In this document: positions 47,254 to 56,262 of the stretch, piece by piece
How positions within the stretch are numbered: the first letter of the stretch is position 1
How the letters are laid out: each line of letters starts with the position of its first letter
Source of the DNA: a virus
Lineage: Duplodnaviria > Caudoviricetes
Reading direction: 5' to 3' (one strand)
Virus record (IMG/VR): IMGVR_UViG_3300029822_000012
Location: 1 to 56,627 of that record
Length of the DNA: 56,627 bases
Translations under genes and position numbers: made by a program
Notes under the pieces: model-generated
Database searches by the model: none
What the model was told of the DNA's origin: nothing
Seen by the model: only the letters and a program-made list of their open reading frames with translations

Positions 47254-47676
47254 TTAATACTTGAACACGTCCAAAATCTTCGTTTCCTCGATCTTTACTA
47301 CGTCGTAGTCGATCATCGTCTTTTTCATTTCTTCCACGATGGTATTTCTCGCTTCCTCGATTGAACTCGCTTGAACCAAGAAATAGACTCCTTGCTTTTT
47401 CTCTGATCCGCTCTTTTCATCAAGCGTTATGTACTCTAATTTGCTTCTGTAATACCTGTCGCCAGTTTCGTTTAGAAATGACTCGGAAACTTTATAATGG
47501 CTAATAGCTGTCACTGCGAAGTTGCCCGAAACGCACGATTCCATTTCTTTTATGATTTTCTTTTCGGCTTCACAAAAGCTCATTGCGTCAACAAGGTATG
47601 ATTCGGTTACACTCTTCTGTAACCCTGTTTCCATCATCTTTTCGTACTTTACTTTAGTTAGCATCCAGTTGTTCAT
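47254..47676 (-). CDS. DUF4494-like protein
   Basis: W..TKVKYEK..G..K.VTESYLVDAMSFCEAE; ETKILDVF. Confidence 0.8.
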   Translation of the reverse strand: MNNWMLTKVKYEKMMETGLQKSVTESYLVDAMSFCEAEKKIIKEMESCVSGNFAVTAISHYKVSESFLNETGDRYYRSKLEYITLDEKSGSEKKQGVYFLVQASSIEEARNTIVEEMKKTMIDYDVVKIEETKILDVFKY

Positions 47677-47779
47677 ATTGTAAATTATTTAGTTTGTAAA
47701 TTTTAAATTGTTGTCCGTTTTAGAAAATTTACACGGTGTTTTAGGTGTCAATGTTTCCCATTTGGGTCAACATTGTTTC

Positions 47780-47932
47780 TTACCTCTTCCTCAATTCAAT
47801 TGTTTTTTCATCTACTCTCACTTTCTTATAATTCTCTAAATACATCTTCCCGATAGGGGTTAACTTCTCCACCTGTTCACGGAGCATGAAGCTCTCGGAA
47901 ATTGCGTTGTTGGATAATAAATTTCTGCTCAT
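47780..47932 (-). CDS. Small hypothetical protein (not in ORF track)
   Basis: 50 aa MSRNLLS..LRKR; start overlaps upstream stop. Confidence 0.45.
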   Translation of the reverse strand: MSRNLLSNNAISESFMLREQVEKLTPIGKMYLENYKKVRVDEKTIELRKR

Positions 47933-48258
47933 ACCTCTTTAATTTGAATATCATGAAAGAAAAGCATCAGCTTTCGTTTAATCTTGTACACTTCCGTGCG
48001 GTAACCTTTCGTGTCCTCCACGACCGTATTCCCTTGTTTATCCACGTACTGAAAATCGGCAATGTATTTCATCGATTTTTCAATGCACTTTCTTTTCCCG
48101 TCTACTACTCGATATTGAGAAGGGGTTAATTCGTACGGTACTTGCGTTTCAAGGCTTGATATTTCTCCCGCCCTTTCGAGTAATCTCAATTCGTTGTATC
48201 GGTAATACTCTTTTTTGGAGTCGAATCCTTTATATTTCTTGTTTTTGTACTTACTCAT
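47929..48258 (-). CDS. DUF1064-like PD-(D/E)xK endonuclease
   Basis: FDSKKE..Q..Y..YIADF..VVEDTKG. Confidence 0.85.
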   Translation of the reverse strand: MSKYKNKKYKGFDSKKEYYRYNELRLLERAGEISSLETQVPYELTPSQYRVVDGKRKCIEKSMKYIADFQYVDKQGNTVVEDTKGYRTEVYKIKRKLMLFFHDIQIKEV

Positions 48259-48635
48259 AACCCCTTCTCTTTTTTTAATCTTTTTACCTCTTTACGATAA
48301 TGTCTTATCAATCCTTCTAATTCGTTTTTAGAGTACTTCATGTAGGTGCTAGCCATTATCCTTAGAGTGTAGGTTATCTCTTCCCCGTAATCCTTTACAA
48401 GGTGTTTCTCGTACTCTTTTAAATTACCGTTCAAGTTGATGTTGCAATCGTAACAGCACGGCTTGCAGTTCTCGTCGAAAAACCGCGTGTTGGTATACCT
48501 TCTATTCATGTAATGCCCGTTTTGGGCTTCCTTCCAGAAAATTGAAACACCGCAACAATAGCATCTCACGTACCCGCTCATGTCAGCATCCTTTAGCCGT
48601 ATGTATTGCGAGTAAACTCTGTCAAGCCTTTCCAT
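48255..48635 (-). CDS. NinG/Rap-like recombination endonuclease
   Basis: YSQYIRLKD..CYCCG..GHY..R..TRF..N..C..CN. Confidence 0.82.
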   Translation of the reverse strand: MERLDRVYSQYIRLKDADMSGYVRCYCCGVSIFWKEAQNGHYMNRRYTNTRFFDENCKPCCYDCNINLNGNLKEYEKHLVKDYGEEITYTLRIMASTYMKYSKNELEGLIRHYRKEVKRLKKEKGL

Positions 48636-48876
48636 ACCACGCCTTTTTCATCTTCTTATACTCGTCGATGCACTGTTCGGCCAAGATTTCCGCGTCACCA
48701 AGGGTTTGCGCTTCCCCCGCGGTCCATGCCTTGCCTTTAACCTCCATCTCAACCGTGTAATGCCTGTGTATCGTTATTTTTATTCCGTCTTTTTCAATCG
48801 TTTTTACTTTTTCTTTCATATGCTCCATACCTCCTTCAAAGGCATTATCTCTTGTTTGATTATTCCACCTCTTCAA
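48622..48876 (-). CDS. Small hypothetical protein
   Basis: 84 aa in operon. Confidence 0.5.
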   Translation of the reverse strand: MKRWNNQTRDNAFEGGMEHMKEKVKTIEKDGIKITIHRHYTVEMEVKGKAWTAGEAQTLGDAEILAEQCIDEYKKMKKAWYGKA

Positions 48877-48883
48877 AACAGTC

Positions 48884-49276
48884 TTAATATCCTGTTTTAG
48901 TTAATCTTAAATTTTCTTTCTCATAGCTTAGTATTGATCGAAGCGTGTCCTGTTGATGCTTTGTGGTAGCATTTATCCTGTCTAACCAGTCTACGAGGAA
49001 GGCTTCGTCTTGTGCCATACTATCCACGAGAGCGTTCTGTGCTTTGGCTGACAAGTAGTTTTCTTTAGCTATAGACACGATGGTTTCAGAAATCTCGCTT
49101 GACCTTTTGAGCCTGTACATTTTCTTGGATTCTGCCAATAGAATCCCCGATCTTGCCTGGATCACGTTTAATCGTTTCAACCTCTCAACCACCTCATCGG
49201 GATTGTCGGAGCACTCATCCTGCATGTAGGTCTGCATTTCTCGCGCTTCATTTAATATCTGCTCGTACTTTGTCAT
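48884..49276 (-). CDS. Hypothetical helical protein
   Basis: 130 aa, packed after MBL gene. Confidence 0.75.
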   Translation of the reverse strand: MTKYEQILNEAREMQTYMQDECSDNPDEVVERLKRLNVIQARSGILLAESKKMYRLKRSSEISETIVSIAKENYLSAKAQNALVDSMAQDEAFLVDWLDRINATTKHQQDTLRSILSYEKENLRLTKTGY

Positions 49277-49277
49277 T

Positions 49278-50012
49278 TTAATAAGGGCTATTACTTAAAT
49301 CAATAACCAGTCCTGCATCTGCAATTTGAATGTTTTTACCGGTTGCTTTTGTAAGCACGTCGATAAACTGTTTCCTGTTTGAATTATACCTTGATAAGTG
49401 CAGTAGTAGAATATTATACACGTTTGTTAAGTCGTGCGACGTGAGGAACTTCGCCACTGTCTGCAACTCCATGTGCGTAGTCATCAACCTCCGACGCATT
49501 GCGGAATTGGTAACACCAAGCTCAATTGCCTCTAATAATGCTTCATCTGAATAGTTGCATTCGATTAGCACGTGATTCACATCCTTGAATACATGATTGC
49601 ACATAAAGCTATCTGTCAGGAATACCAAGTTTCCCATATCTGGGTGATTGATGAAGAATCCAAGTGTAGGTATATCGTGGAATGCTTCAAATGCAATAAT
49701 CTTAAACTTGCCAACGTCAAACCTATCTCCTGCTTTTATTTCTGCTGCTTGGCTTAATCCTTTCATGCTTATTACATGACTGTTTGCAAATACAGGGAAT
49801 GCCAACTCGTACTGACGCGCATATTTTGAATGATCGCCATGCGCATGCGTGATGAGGCACCCATTCACCTTTGAAGTATTGAAATTCAGAGCGTCGTGTT
49901 TAGTAGTTGATAAACTGGATCCTGCTTCGAGAAGAAGAGCTTCATCTTCCGACTGAATGACATAAGCATTGCCGGAAGATGAGCTGCTAATCACTGTCAA
50001 GGTAATTCCCAT
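49278..50012 (-). CDS. MBL-fold metallo-hydrolase (probable exonuclease partner of RecT)
   Basis: SSSSGN, THAHGDH, HD, TD, ECNY, HLS. Confidence 0.9.
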   Translation of the reverse strand: MGITLTVISSSSSGNAYVIQSEDEALLLEAGSSLSTTKHDALNFNTSKVNGCLITHAHGDHSKYARQYELAFPVFANSHVISMKGLSQAAEIKAGDRFDVGKFKIIAFEAFHDIPTLGFFINHPDMGNLVFLTDSFMCNHVFKDVNHVLIECNYSDEALLEAIELGVTNSAMRRRLMTTHMELQTVAKFLTSHDLTNVYNILLLHLSRYNSNRKQFIDVLTKATGKNIQIADAGLVIDLSNSPY

Positions 50013-50932
50013 TAGTACGGAGCTTGAGGGGTTTCATCATTATCACCATCTGCAGGCTGGCCTGTACCGCTGTCATCATCATCCATGCTGATTATGGTCG
50101 CTTCCGTGTCTTCAATAGCCTGATCCCTTTCGCCCTGAACATCTGTCTCGATATCGTTAGCGATTGCATTTTGCATCTCAATAGATAGGTAGCCCCATTT
50201 CGACAATAACTCTCTAAGCACTGTCTTTAGGGCCATGCTGTCAAAGTCACCGGCCCAGCCAATACCTGTAGGATCCTTTCCGGCAAGAGCCATCAGGCTT
50301 TTTACTGTAACCTTATTTGAAAACTTGATTGATGGCGCGTACTGTTTTGCATGCTTAGCGATTTGCTCAACTTCCGAAAAAAGCGTTTTTCGGAAGCCAT
50401 TCATGAGCTCTATGTGAGCAAAGTACCCGATAACCTTATCGGACTTTTTTTCACCCGTGAAATCAATCGCTCCTGTCAGCTTGTCTTTTCCCTTGATCTC
50501 GCCTTCATAGACAATGTCGGTATTGATATGCCTATACTGGCCGGTTCTCATCGCAAGCTGAATTAAGCCCTTGTAGCCAATGATAAATGTTGGAGTAGGT
50601 ACCTTCACCCATTTAACCACCTCTTCACCCGTTTCGGGCTTGATGCTTGTTTCTTTCTTGCTGTTGTTAAAGCTCAGCACATAAGCAAACCCCAATGATT
50701 TGTTTATGGGTAGCTTTAATACTGCCGCCTTAAGAGCCTCCATTACTACCTGATTGGGGTTGCACTCTTGCAGCGATACATCTGTATTGTACAGGTCGAT
50801 CACGCTTGCCACGAATGAGTTGGAATTTGCCCCCAAAGCATTCTGAAATTGCTCCTTGACACTATCTGCCCCAAGAATGTTTTTTAATTTATCGATCGGT
50901 CGTGTTGAAACCGCTTTATTTTGTGCTGCCAT
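50012..50932 (-). CDS. recT: RecT-family single-strand annealing protein
   Basis: LPINKSLGFAYV, FIIGYKGLIQLAMRTGQY, VYEGE, MALKTVLR. Confidence 0.92.
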   Translation of the reverse strand: MAAQNKAVSTRPIDKLKNILGADSVKEQFQNALGANSNSFVASVIDLYNTDVSLQECNPNQVVMEALKAAVLKLPINKSLGFAYVLSFNNSKKETSIKPETGEEVVKWVKVPTPTFIIGYKGLIQLAMRTGQYRHINTDIVYEGEIKGKDKLTGAIDFTGEKKSDKVIGYFAHIELMNGFRKTLFSEVEQIAKHAKQYAPSIKFSNKVTVKSLMALAGKDPTGIGWAGDFDSMALKTVLRELLSKWGYLSIEMQNAIANDIETDVQGERDQAIEDTEATIISMDDDDSGTGQPADGDNDETPQAPY

Positions 50933-50937
50933 AATAA

Positions 50938-51099
50938 TTATTGTTGTTTATTAAATTCGGTAATTGCTATCTTTCGCTTGTCGATCTGGTTGCCATAGCC
51001 GTCAACCGCGACAATTACGATTGGTTCATTCTCATCGATGAGTAGCCTTACGGCTGTTTTTCCATCGAAGTCAATATCGAAAAGTCTGTTTTTAGTCAT
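50938..51099 (-). CDS. Small hypothetical protein (not in ORF track)
   Basis: 53 aa MTKNRLFD..; fills the ATPase-RecT gap. Confidence 0.45.
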   Translation of the reverse strand: MTKNRLFDIDFDGKTAVRLLIDENEPIVIVAVDGYGNQIDKRKIAITEFNKQQ

Positions 51100-53027
51100 T
51101 TCACTGTTGGTTTGTCGTACGCCGGATCAACGTACAAGTTGATTATTTGAGTGAGTTCGCTCATTTCTGGGATATCAGTGGTTGACTCCCTGTTATCTAT
51201 GAATATAGGAGCGTGCATCATCTCGTGGTTACTAATCGTTCTAATGATATCCAACCCCGCGTATATCTCTTGTGATCTACTGAATGAAGAGAAATTAATG
51301 CCGTCCATTGTAGCCTCGCAATCTGGCACTACCTGCCCATTTATTTGCTCCTTGAATAGCCTGAATTGAACTTCACCAAACAGCGTGTTAATCCGGTTTT
51401 CATATTCAGCGTTCTTAGCGTACTCGAATTGCTTCACGATGTACTCTTTACGCTCAATATCTGATAGTTCTTGATTTAACAGGGCCTTACGCTCATTCAA
51501 TTCGCTGATATATTCTTGAAGTTTCTTAATGGCATCGCGAGCGTATAGCCTCTTTTTCAAGGAGTCGATTTCTGAGGTTAATTCTCGCTTACGAGCGGTA
51601 AAATCGGCTATTGACGATACCGAAGGCCTGTTATTAAGTTGTTTCTGCAACTCTTCTATTTTCTTCAAGTTTGCCTGATAGAGAATAGACTTTTCATGCT
51701 GTGGAGTCTTTGCTCTTAATACTGCTATCTCTTCTTTGATGCGATCAATTTCAGCCTGCTTGGCTGACACATCAGGTGCTTCTGGCACGTTAAGCATTTC
51801 AATCTCTTCATTAATGCCTACAAGCATTTCCTTGATCTTTATGCCTTCCTGCTTGTTCGCTTCCAACTTTTCAGCCTTAGACTTATTGAACGCTGCCTGC
51901 ATATGTGCTTGTTTCTCTTCAATATCATGCTCCGGAAGAGATTGCTCGCATGTAGGACAGATCAATTCGTTTTCATCAAAGCTCAACGTTTCTGCACTGA
52001 TCTTGACCCACTGCTCGCGAAGAGCATTGATCTTATCATCGTAAAAACTCTTACTTTGAGTAAGGCTATCAAGTCGTGCCTTCTTGGTTTTGTAATCACG
52101 CTCATCATCACCAATAGACATCAGGAGCTTACGAGCTGCACTCTCCTTCCTCTCTATATCATCCTGAAGTTGCTCTTTCTCTTGCCTTTCGATCTTGGCG
52201 TTGTCATTGTAGAAACCATTGATCTGTTCTTGTATTTCAGCAGCTGCTTTATTCTCGGATTCCAACCGCTTCGCTATATCAAGCATGGAGGCTTCAATTT
52301 CCTTTAGCGAGGTCTCCTTGTCAGAGATAGATGCCTGAATCGCGCCCCAGTCCTCTGATTCAGGCATGTTCCTGTTGGTTGTCTCTATCTGAACCGGTAT
52401 TTTATCGATATCCTCCTTAAGCAGCCTCATCTTACTGGACAATTCCTTCTTGAAGTTTTCAAATGACAGTCCAGAGACCTCTTTTAGTATAGCCTTGAAA
52501 TCCTCATTGTCACTTGCCACCTGTTCATTAGTCACTTCCGGAATTAACGAGAACAGAAGGGCCCTCTGTTGTTCTTTGCTTAGACTGGTGAAGTATAGAG
52601 GGTTGGTGATTGTCTTGAATAACTCTTCGCTGCACAAGCCAGCAACGAACTCGACGTATTCTTTTTTCTTAACCCCCACGTCGTTAATGTAATAGTCGGT
52701 AGTGTTCCCCTTGAACACTTCCTCATTTTCCCCATGAGGCTTAACCCATTCCTCACGGTATACACGCCCGAGTTTGATCTTTCTGTCTCCTGCAGAAATG
52801 TCTGCAGACACCTCCACATGTTCACGTTCGCTCCCTTGGGTTTTAAGCTCGTGATCTTGCCTTCCTTTATGGTCCTTCCCAAACAAAAGCCATAGCCATG
52901 AGTCATAGATTCTCGTTTTTCCAGACCGGTTCTTTCCGTATATGTTCAATACATCAAGAACGTAAAATTCCATATCTCTCAACCCCTTGAAGTTTCGAAT
53001 GACAAGTTTGTTAATTGCTATTTGCAT
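51096..53027 (-). CDS. SbcC/Rad50-like AAA ATPase
   Basis: NFKG, GKNRSGKT, coiled coils, CPTC zinc hook, PIFIDNRE. Confidence 0.88.
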   Translation of the reverse strand: MQIAINKLVIRNFKGLRDMEFYVLDVLNIYGKNRSGKTRIYDSWLWLLFGKDHKGRQDHELKTQGSEREHVEVSADISAGDRKIKLGRVYREEWVKPHGENEEVFKGNTTDYYINDVGVKKKEYVEFVAGLCSEELFKTITNPLYFTSLSKEQQRALLFSLIPEVTNEQVASDNEDFKAILKEVSGLSFENFKKELSSKMRLLKEDIDKIPVQIETTNRNMPESEDWGAIQASISDKETSLKEIEASMLDIAKRLESENKAAAEIQEQINGFYNDNAKIERQEKEQLQDDIERKESAARKLLMSIGDDERDYKTKKARLDSLTQSKSFYDDKINALREQWVKISAETLSFDENELICPTCEQSLPEHDIEEKQAHMQAAFNKSKAEKLEANKQEGIKIKEMLVGINEEIEMLNVPEAPDVSAKQAEIDRIKEEIAVLRAKTPQHEKSILYQANLKKIEELQKQLNNRPSVSSIADFTARKRELTSEIDSLKKRLYARDAIKKLQEYISELNERKALLNQELSDIERKEYIVKQFEYAKNAEYENRINTLFGEVQFRLFKEQINGQVVPDCEATMDGINFSSFSRSQEIYAGLDIIRTISNHEMMHAPIFIDNRESTTDIPEMSELTQIINLYVDPAYDKPTVK

Positions 53028-53039
53028 ATCTAATTTGTT

Positions 53040-53720
53040 TTACTTGTGAAAAAAATCCTGAATAGCCCTGCTCCCGTATTCCCTTTTAGTCAGCTCGATC
53101 ACCTCAGAGATGGTATACTTCTCTTTTTTCGATTTAAGCCTATTCTCGACGAATCCCCGTGTTCCCGAGCTGCACGCTCCTGTAATAACCCGGTACATTT
53201 CGATTGCCTCCTCGAAAGTTACTTCCGATTCGAGCGTCATGTTCTCGTAGTCGCTTTTATCCCGGTCTGATATTTTATATATCAGGTCTTTTTTAGCTTC
53301 TTCGAGCGTGTCCCCATGCGCCCATCTACCTCTCCCGTTCGTCACCAGATAGGTTATTTCTGTTTTGGCGATCTGTCGGATCCGGTATACATTGCCTCTT
53401 TGAGAGACTATCACGGAAAAGATATTATCCGCTTTGATATATCTTCTGTCTCGCCACGTGTGGAAAGTCGGAGCATTCCGGTTTACTTTACTCTCGTCAG
53501 TGATCCCCGTGCCATCGAGGTAGAGGTAGCCGCCCACGGTCAAGTTATCCGGCAGGGAAGTGATCCCCGTGCCCCTGATGTCGAGGGAGCCGCCCACGGT
53601 CAAGTTATCCGGCAGGGAAGTGATCCCCGTGCCCCCGAGGTCGAGGTAGCCGCTGTAATGTAGTTTTCCGTCTTTCTTTTCGAGAGTAACCCCTGCAATT
53701 CGTTCCAATTCTGTTTTCAT
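53040..53720 (-). CDS. Protein with LRR-like 20-aa repeats
   Basis: GxLxLxGTGITSLPDNLTVG repeats; C-terminal AHG.T..EA, YRVITGAC..G. Confidence 0.8.
   Translation of the reverse strand: MKTELERIAGVTLEKKDGKLHYSGYLDLGGTGITSLPDNLTVGGSLDIRGTGITSLPDNLTVGGYLYLDGTGITDESKVNRNAPTFHTWRDRRYIKADNIFSVIVSQRGNVYRIRQIAKTEITYLVTNGRGRWAHGDTLEEAKKDLIYKISDRDKSDYENMTLESEVTFEEAIEMYRVITGACSSGTRGFVENRLKSKKEKYTISEVIELTKREYGSRAIQDFFHK
53499..53653. repeat. 60-bp coding tandem repeat (about 2.6 copies)
   Basis: Units start at 53501, 53561 and 53621; identical except at four codon positions. Confidence 0.92.
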
Positions 53721-53977
53721 ATTTTTACGTGTTTAGTTCAATTGTATTTGCTATCTGTATTACTGCATTGAGGAGCGTGGAGGCTCGAACTCCATCAGCA
53801 TATATGGTTAGCGCAACTTCCTCCTGTCTTACGACTATTAACCTCTGCATTGTCTCGTCTTGCTTACCGTCAACCGTTAGCGCCTTTTCGCTTCGCTCCA
53901 CCGGTCTTTCCCGGTCGTCATCCACTTGCATCACACGTCTGCAATGCCAATCCTCTTATGGCCGATTATTCCCTTAG

Positions 53978-54049
53978 TTGCGGGGGACGGAATCGAACCG
54001 TCGAGGTTGGGGTTATGAATCCCAATTGAGAACCAACACTCTCCCCACA
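53978..54049 (-). tRNA. Atypical tRNA with CAT anticodon (Met/Ile2), possibly pseudo-tRNA
   Basis: Acceptor TGTGGGG/CCCCGCA, T-arm GACGG-TTCGATT-CCGTC, loop TTCATAA; aberrant D-arm and A-C mismatch in anticodon stem. Confidence 0.65.
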
Positions 54050-54092
54050 TATGTGCAATCGTTTCGCAACGACCTTTATGCACTCAAATAAA

Positions 54093-54287
54093 TTAAATCA
54101 CCGTTTCTATTGCCGTTTCAAGTCCTTCGTTAAGGATGTAGTAGCCGACTATTCTTCCCTTCTCCCGCTTCGGCACGATGTTTTTGTACGGGAGGCCATT
54201 TTCCCTTGCCGTGTTGATCGCTATGTTCAAAAGGAAGTCTATCCTCGTCATGCAGCGACCATCTTTTGTTACCGGTTTTGTGATCAT
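54093..54287 (-). CDS. Small hypothetical protein
   Basis: 64 aa. Confidence 0.45.
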   Translation of the reverse strand: MITKPVTKDGRCMTRIDFLLNIAINTARENGLPYKNIVPKREKGRIVGYYILNEGLETAIETVI

Positions 54288-54347
54288 AGCAGCATCTTTA
54301 CAATTTCAGTTATTATTAATGTCGCCAGCACTATGTTATGCGCAAGG

Positions 54348-54590
54348 CTACAAATCAAGCCCCAACGCACGTCTCATTTTACTTTGAGCTGAGCACTCAC
54401 CATTATTGTAGGCAAGTTCCTTCTCATGGTTTACAATTGCATTAATCACACGCACAATATCATTACAGTGAGCTAATGCAAAATTAAAGTATAGTTCGTG
54501 GTTGCTATCCCAAAAACGTTTTGATTCTTCTTCGTAGAAGTATCCACATTTTTCTAAAATCTCTAAGTTTTTAATCGTTTCTTTATCCAT
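54348..54590 (-). CDS. Small hypothetical protein
   Basis: 80 aa with A-rich start context. Confidence 0.6.
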   Translation of the reverse strand: MDKETIKNLEILEKCGYFYEEESKRFWDSNHELYFNFALAHCNDIVRVINAIVNHEKELAYNNGECSAQSKMRRALGLDL

Positions 54591-54616
54591 CGTTTTTGTA
54601 AGTTACACCGCCCAGC

Positions 54617-54747
54617 GCATAACAACAGCTATAAAAAATAGTGGAGTCAGTGCCAGTTGGTAGGTTAATATTTCAATTTTACTGTATCTCATTTTGATAG
54701 TGTTGCGCTTCGGTTTCCGCTACTTTTCATAGCATTAAACGATAGCC
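54617..54747 (+). other. Degenerate attC-like palindrome
   Basis: GCATAAC .. GCTATAAAAAATAGTGGA / TCCGCTACTTTTCATAGC .. AAAC-GATAGCC (GTT mutated). Confidence 0.45.
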
Positions 54748-54870
54748 GCCACAAAAGCCGCCGCCACGCATCGTTCTATCTTCTCCCTCATAGCCAATTC
54801 AGTATTGAGATCAACAGCATCGCCAAAGACCATCCACCGATAATCGAGAGAGTTATTTTTATTGCTTTTT

Positions 54871-55074
54871 TCATACCACTCTGTTTTTTTCAAGTAATCT
54901 ATCAATACTCCTTTTATCATGCCAATACATTGAGCCTATCCTCGTAAAACTTATGCTTGCACTATCGCGCAAGCTTCTAAGTTTATCATCCTTGATATCC
55001 AAGTAAGCCTTTGCCTCACGAGAAGAGAGCCAAACTTTTTCTACAGGCTGCACTTTCCCTGCCCTCCTTCTCAT
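54871..55074 (-). CDS. Excisionase-like HTH protein
   Basis: KVWLSSREAKAYLD..LRSLR..IG..W..SIDRLLE. Confidence 0.75.
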   Translation of the reverse strand: MRRRAGKVQPVEKVWLSSREAKAYLDIKDDKLRSLRDSASISFTRIGSMYWHDKRSIDRLLEKNRVV

Positions 55075-55844
55075 GCTACCTCCTTAATAAATTTGTTCAT
55101 GAAATATACCTGCCCTTTCGTGGTAACCTTTACCGTATGTTTCACGAATGAGCTGCTACCGACAGATATCACCTGCTCCGACACGAAGAACACCTTTAGA
55201 TCAGCAGCTCTTTGCGTGGGCATGTAGTCATACTGGTAGGTTTGCTTCTTACTGCTCCAACGAGAGTTGCGAATAAGGAACCCACTATCAACCATCCAAT
55301 CATATAATCTTACCTCTCCAATATCAATCCCGTTTTGACAAATAAGCTTAGCGAGATCTCTCATGAGGATATTCGTGCTTGCACCGGTCACGGCATTGGT
55401 GAAAGCAACAGCAGGTTTTTGCTCTTCAATCACTTTCTCCGCTTCAATTCTTCGCACCTGTTCATCTTTCCAATTTTGAGCCAACTGCAATACAGTATCA
55501 GGGTTAGAGAAGTCTATCAGACTGTTTCTCTTGATAACCTCCTCCATCCGGTTGAAGGCATCTATGTATTCTAATTTGAATTTTAACGCTTTTTTTCCTG
55601 TAAACCCCATCACAAGAAGGGAAAATCCATCACGTGTCATAATGTATACTCTATACGACTGCTTGTTTTGCGGGTGAATGTATTCAGTCTCATAAAATAG
55701 GTCTGCGGATTTTTCCGCAACCCCACTAATAAGCTCATCAATAGAGGCTAATACATCACGATGGTTCTTACCGAATTTTTCCGAAACAAGTAAACTTGTT
55801 GTTACTGGATTTCCTTTATCAGATCTAAATACTAATTCATTCAT
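55071..55844 (-). CDS. Rha family regulator / antirepressor (Rha + KilAC)
   Basis: TTSLLVSEKFGKNHRDVL, MTRDGFSLLVMGFTG, PTQRA, KVTTKGQVYF. Confidence 0.9.
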   Translation of the reverse strand: MNELVFRSDKGNPVTTSLLVSEKFGKNHRDVLASIDELISGVAEKSADLFYETEYIHPQNKQSYRVYIMTRDGFSLLVMGFTGKKALKFKLEYIDAFNRMEEVIKRNSLIDFSNPDTVLQLAQNWKDEQVRRIEAEKVIEEQKPAVAFTNAVTGASTNILMRDLAKLICQNGIDIGEVRLYDWMVDSGFLIRNSRWSSKKQTYQYDYMPTQRAADLKVFFVSEQVISVGSSSFVKHTVKVTTKGQVYFMNKFIKEVA

Positions 55845-55861
55845 GCTATTTAGTGTTTGAT

Positions 55862-56065
55862 TTATTTTATACGTGACACTCTTGTTTTATCAATAAGCCC
55901 ATCAGTCGAAACAATATAGTTTCTACCCTTAGCATTAAGTCTTGTAGCTGCATTCCTAAGAGTTTCTGTTTTAATATCCTTATAGGAGATTGCCTGTGTT
56001 TCTCCGACTCTCATAGCTTTCAATGTACCTGCCGCTGATATTTTTTTCACAATAAATGCCGCCAT
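55862..56065 (-). CDS. Cro-like small DNA-binding protein
   Basis: 67 aa basic, first gene divergent from repressor. Confidence 0.6.
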   Translation of the reverse strand: MAAFIVKKISAAGTLKAMRVGETQAISYKDIKTETLRNAATRLNAKGRNYIVSTDGLIDKTRVSRIK

Positions 56066-56095
56066 TTTAAATAAATTTTATATTTTTGTTTCCTT

Positions 56096-56203
56096 GCTTT
56101 CATTTGATTGCATTGCAACCACCATTCTTATTGATGATGCAAATATAAGTATTCATTTGAATACCCAAAAGAAAAATAAAGGAAAAAGAACTCATTTGAA
56201 TAC
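56096..56203. promoter_or_regulatory. Lysis/lysogeny switch: three 16-bp operators and leftward promoter
   Basis: GTATTCATTTGAATAC (56149-56164, palindromic), GAACTCATTTGAATAC (56188-56203), GCTTTCATTTGATTGC (56096-56111); minus-strand TATATTTG at 56140-56147. Confidence 0.7.
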
Positions 56204-56262
56204 AATTTATAATCATTCTAAATAATAAAAATAGGTAACAATATAATATACAGAAGGAAGCA

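Noticed and set aside
53725-53934. 69-aa ORF
   Set aside because: No motifs and overlaps the tRNA-like structure; not called as CDS, although it cannot be excluded.
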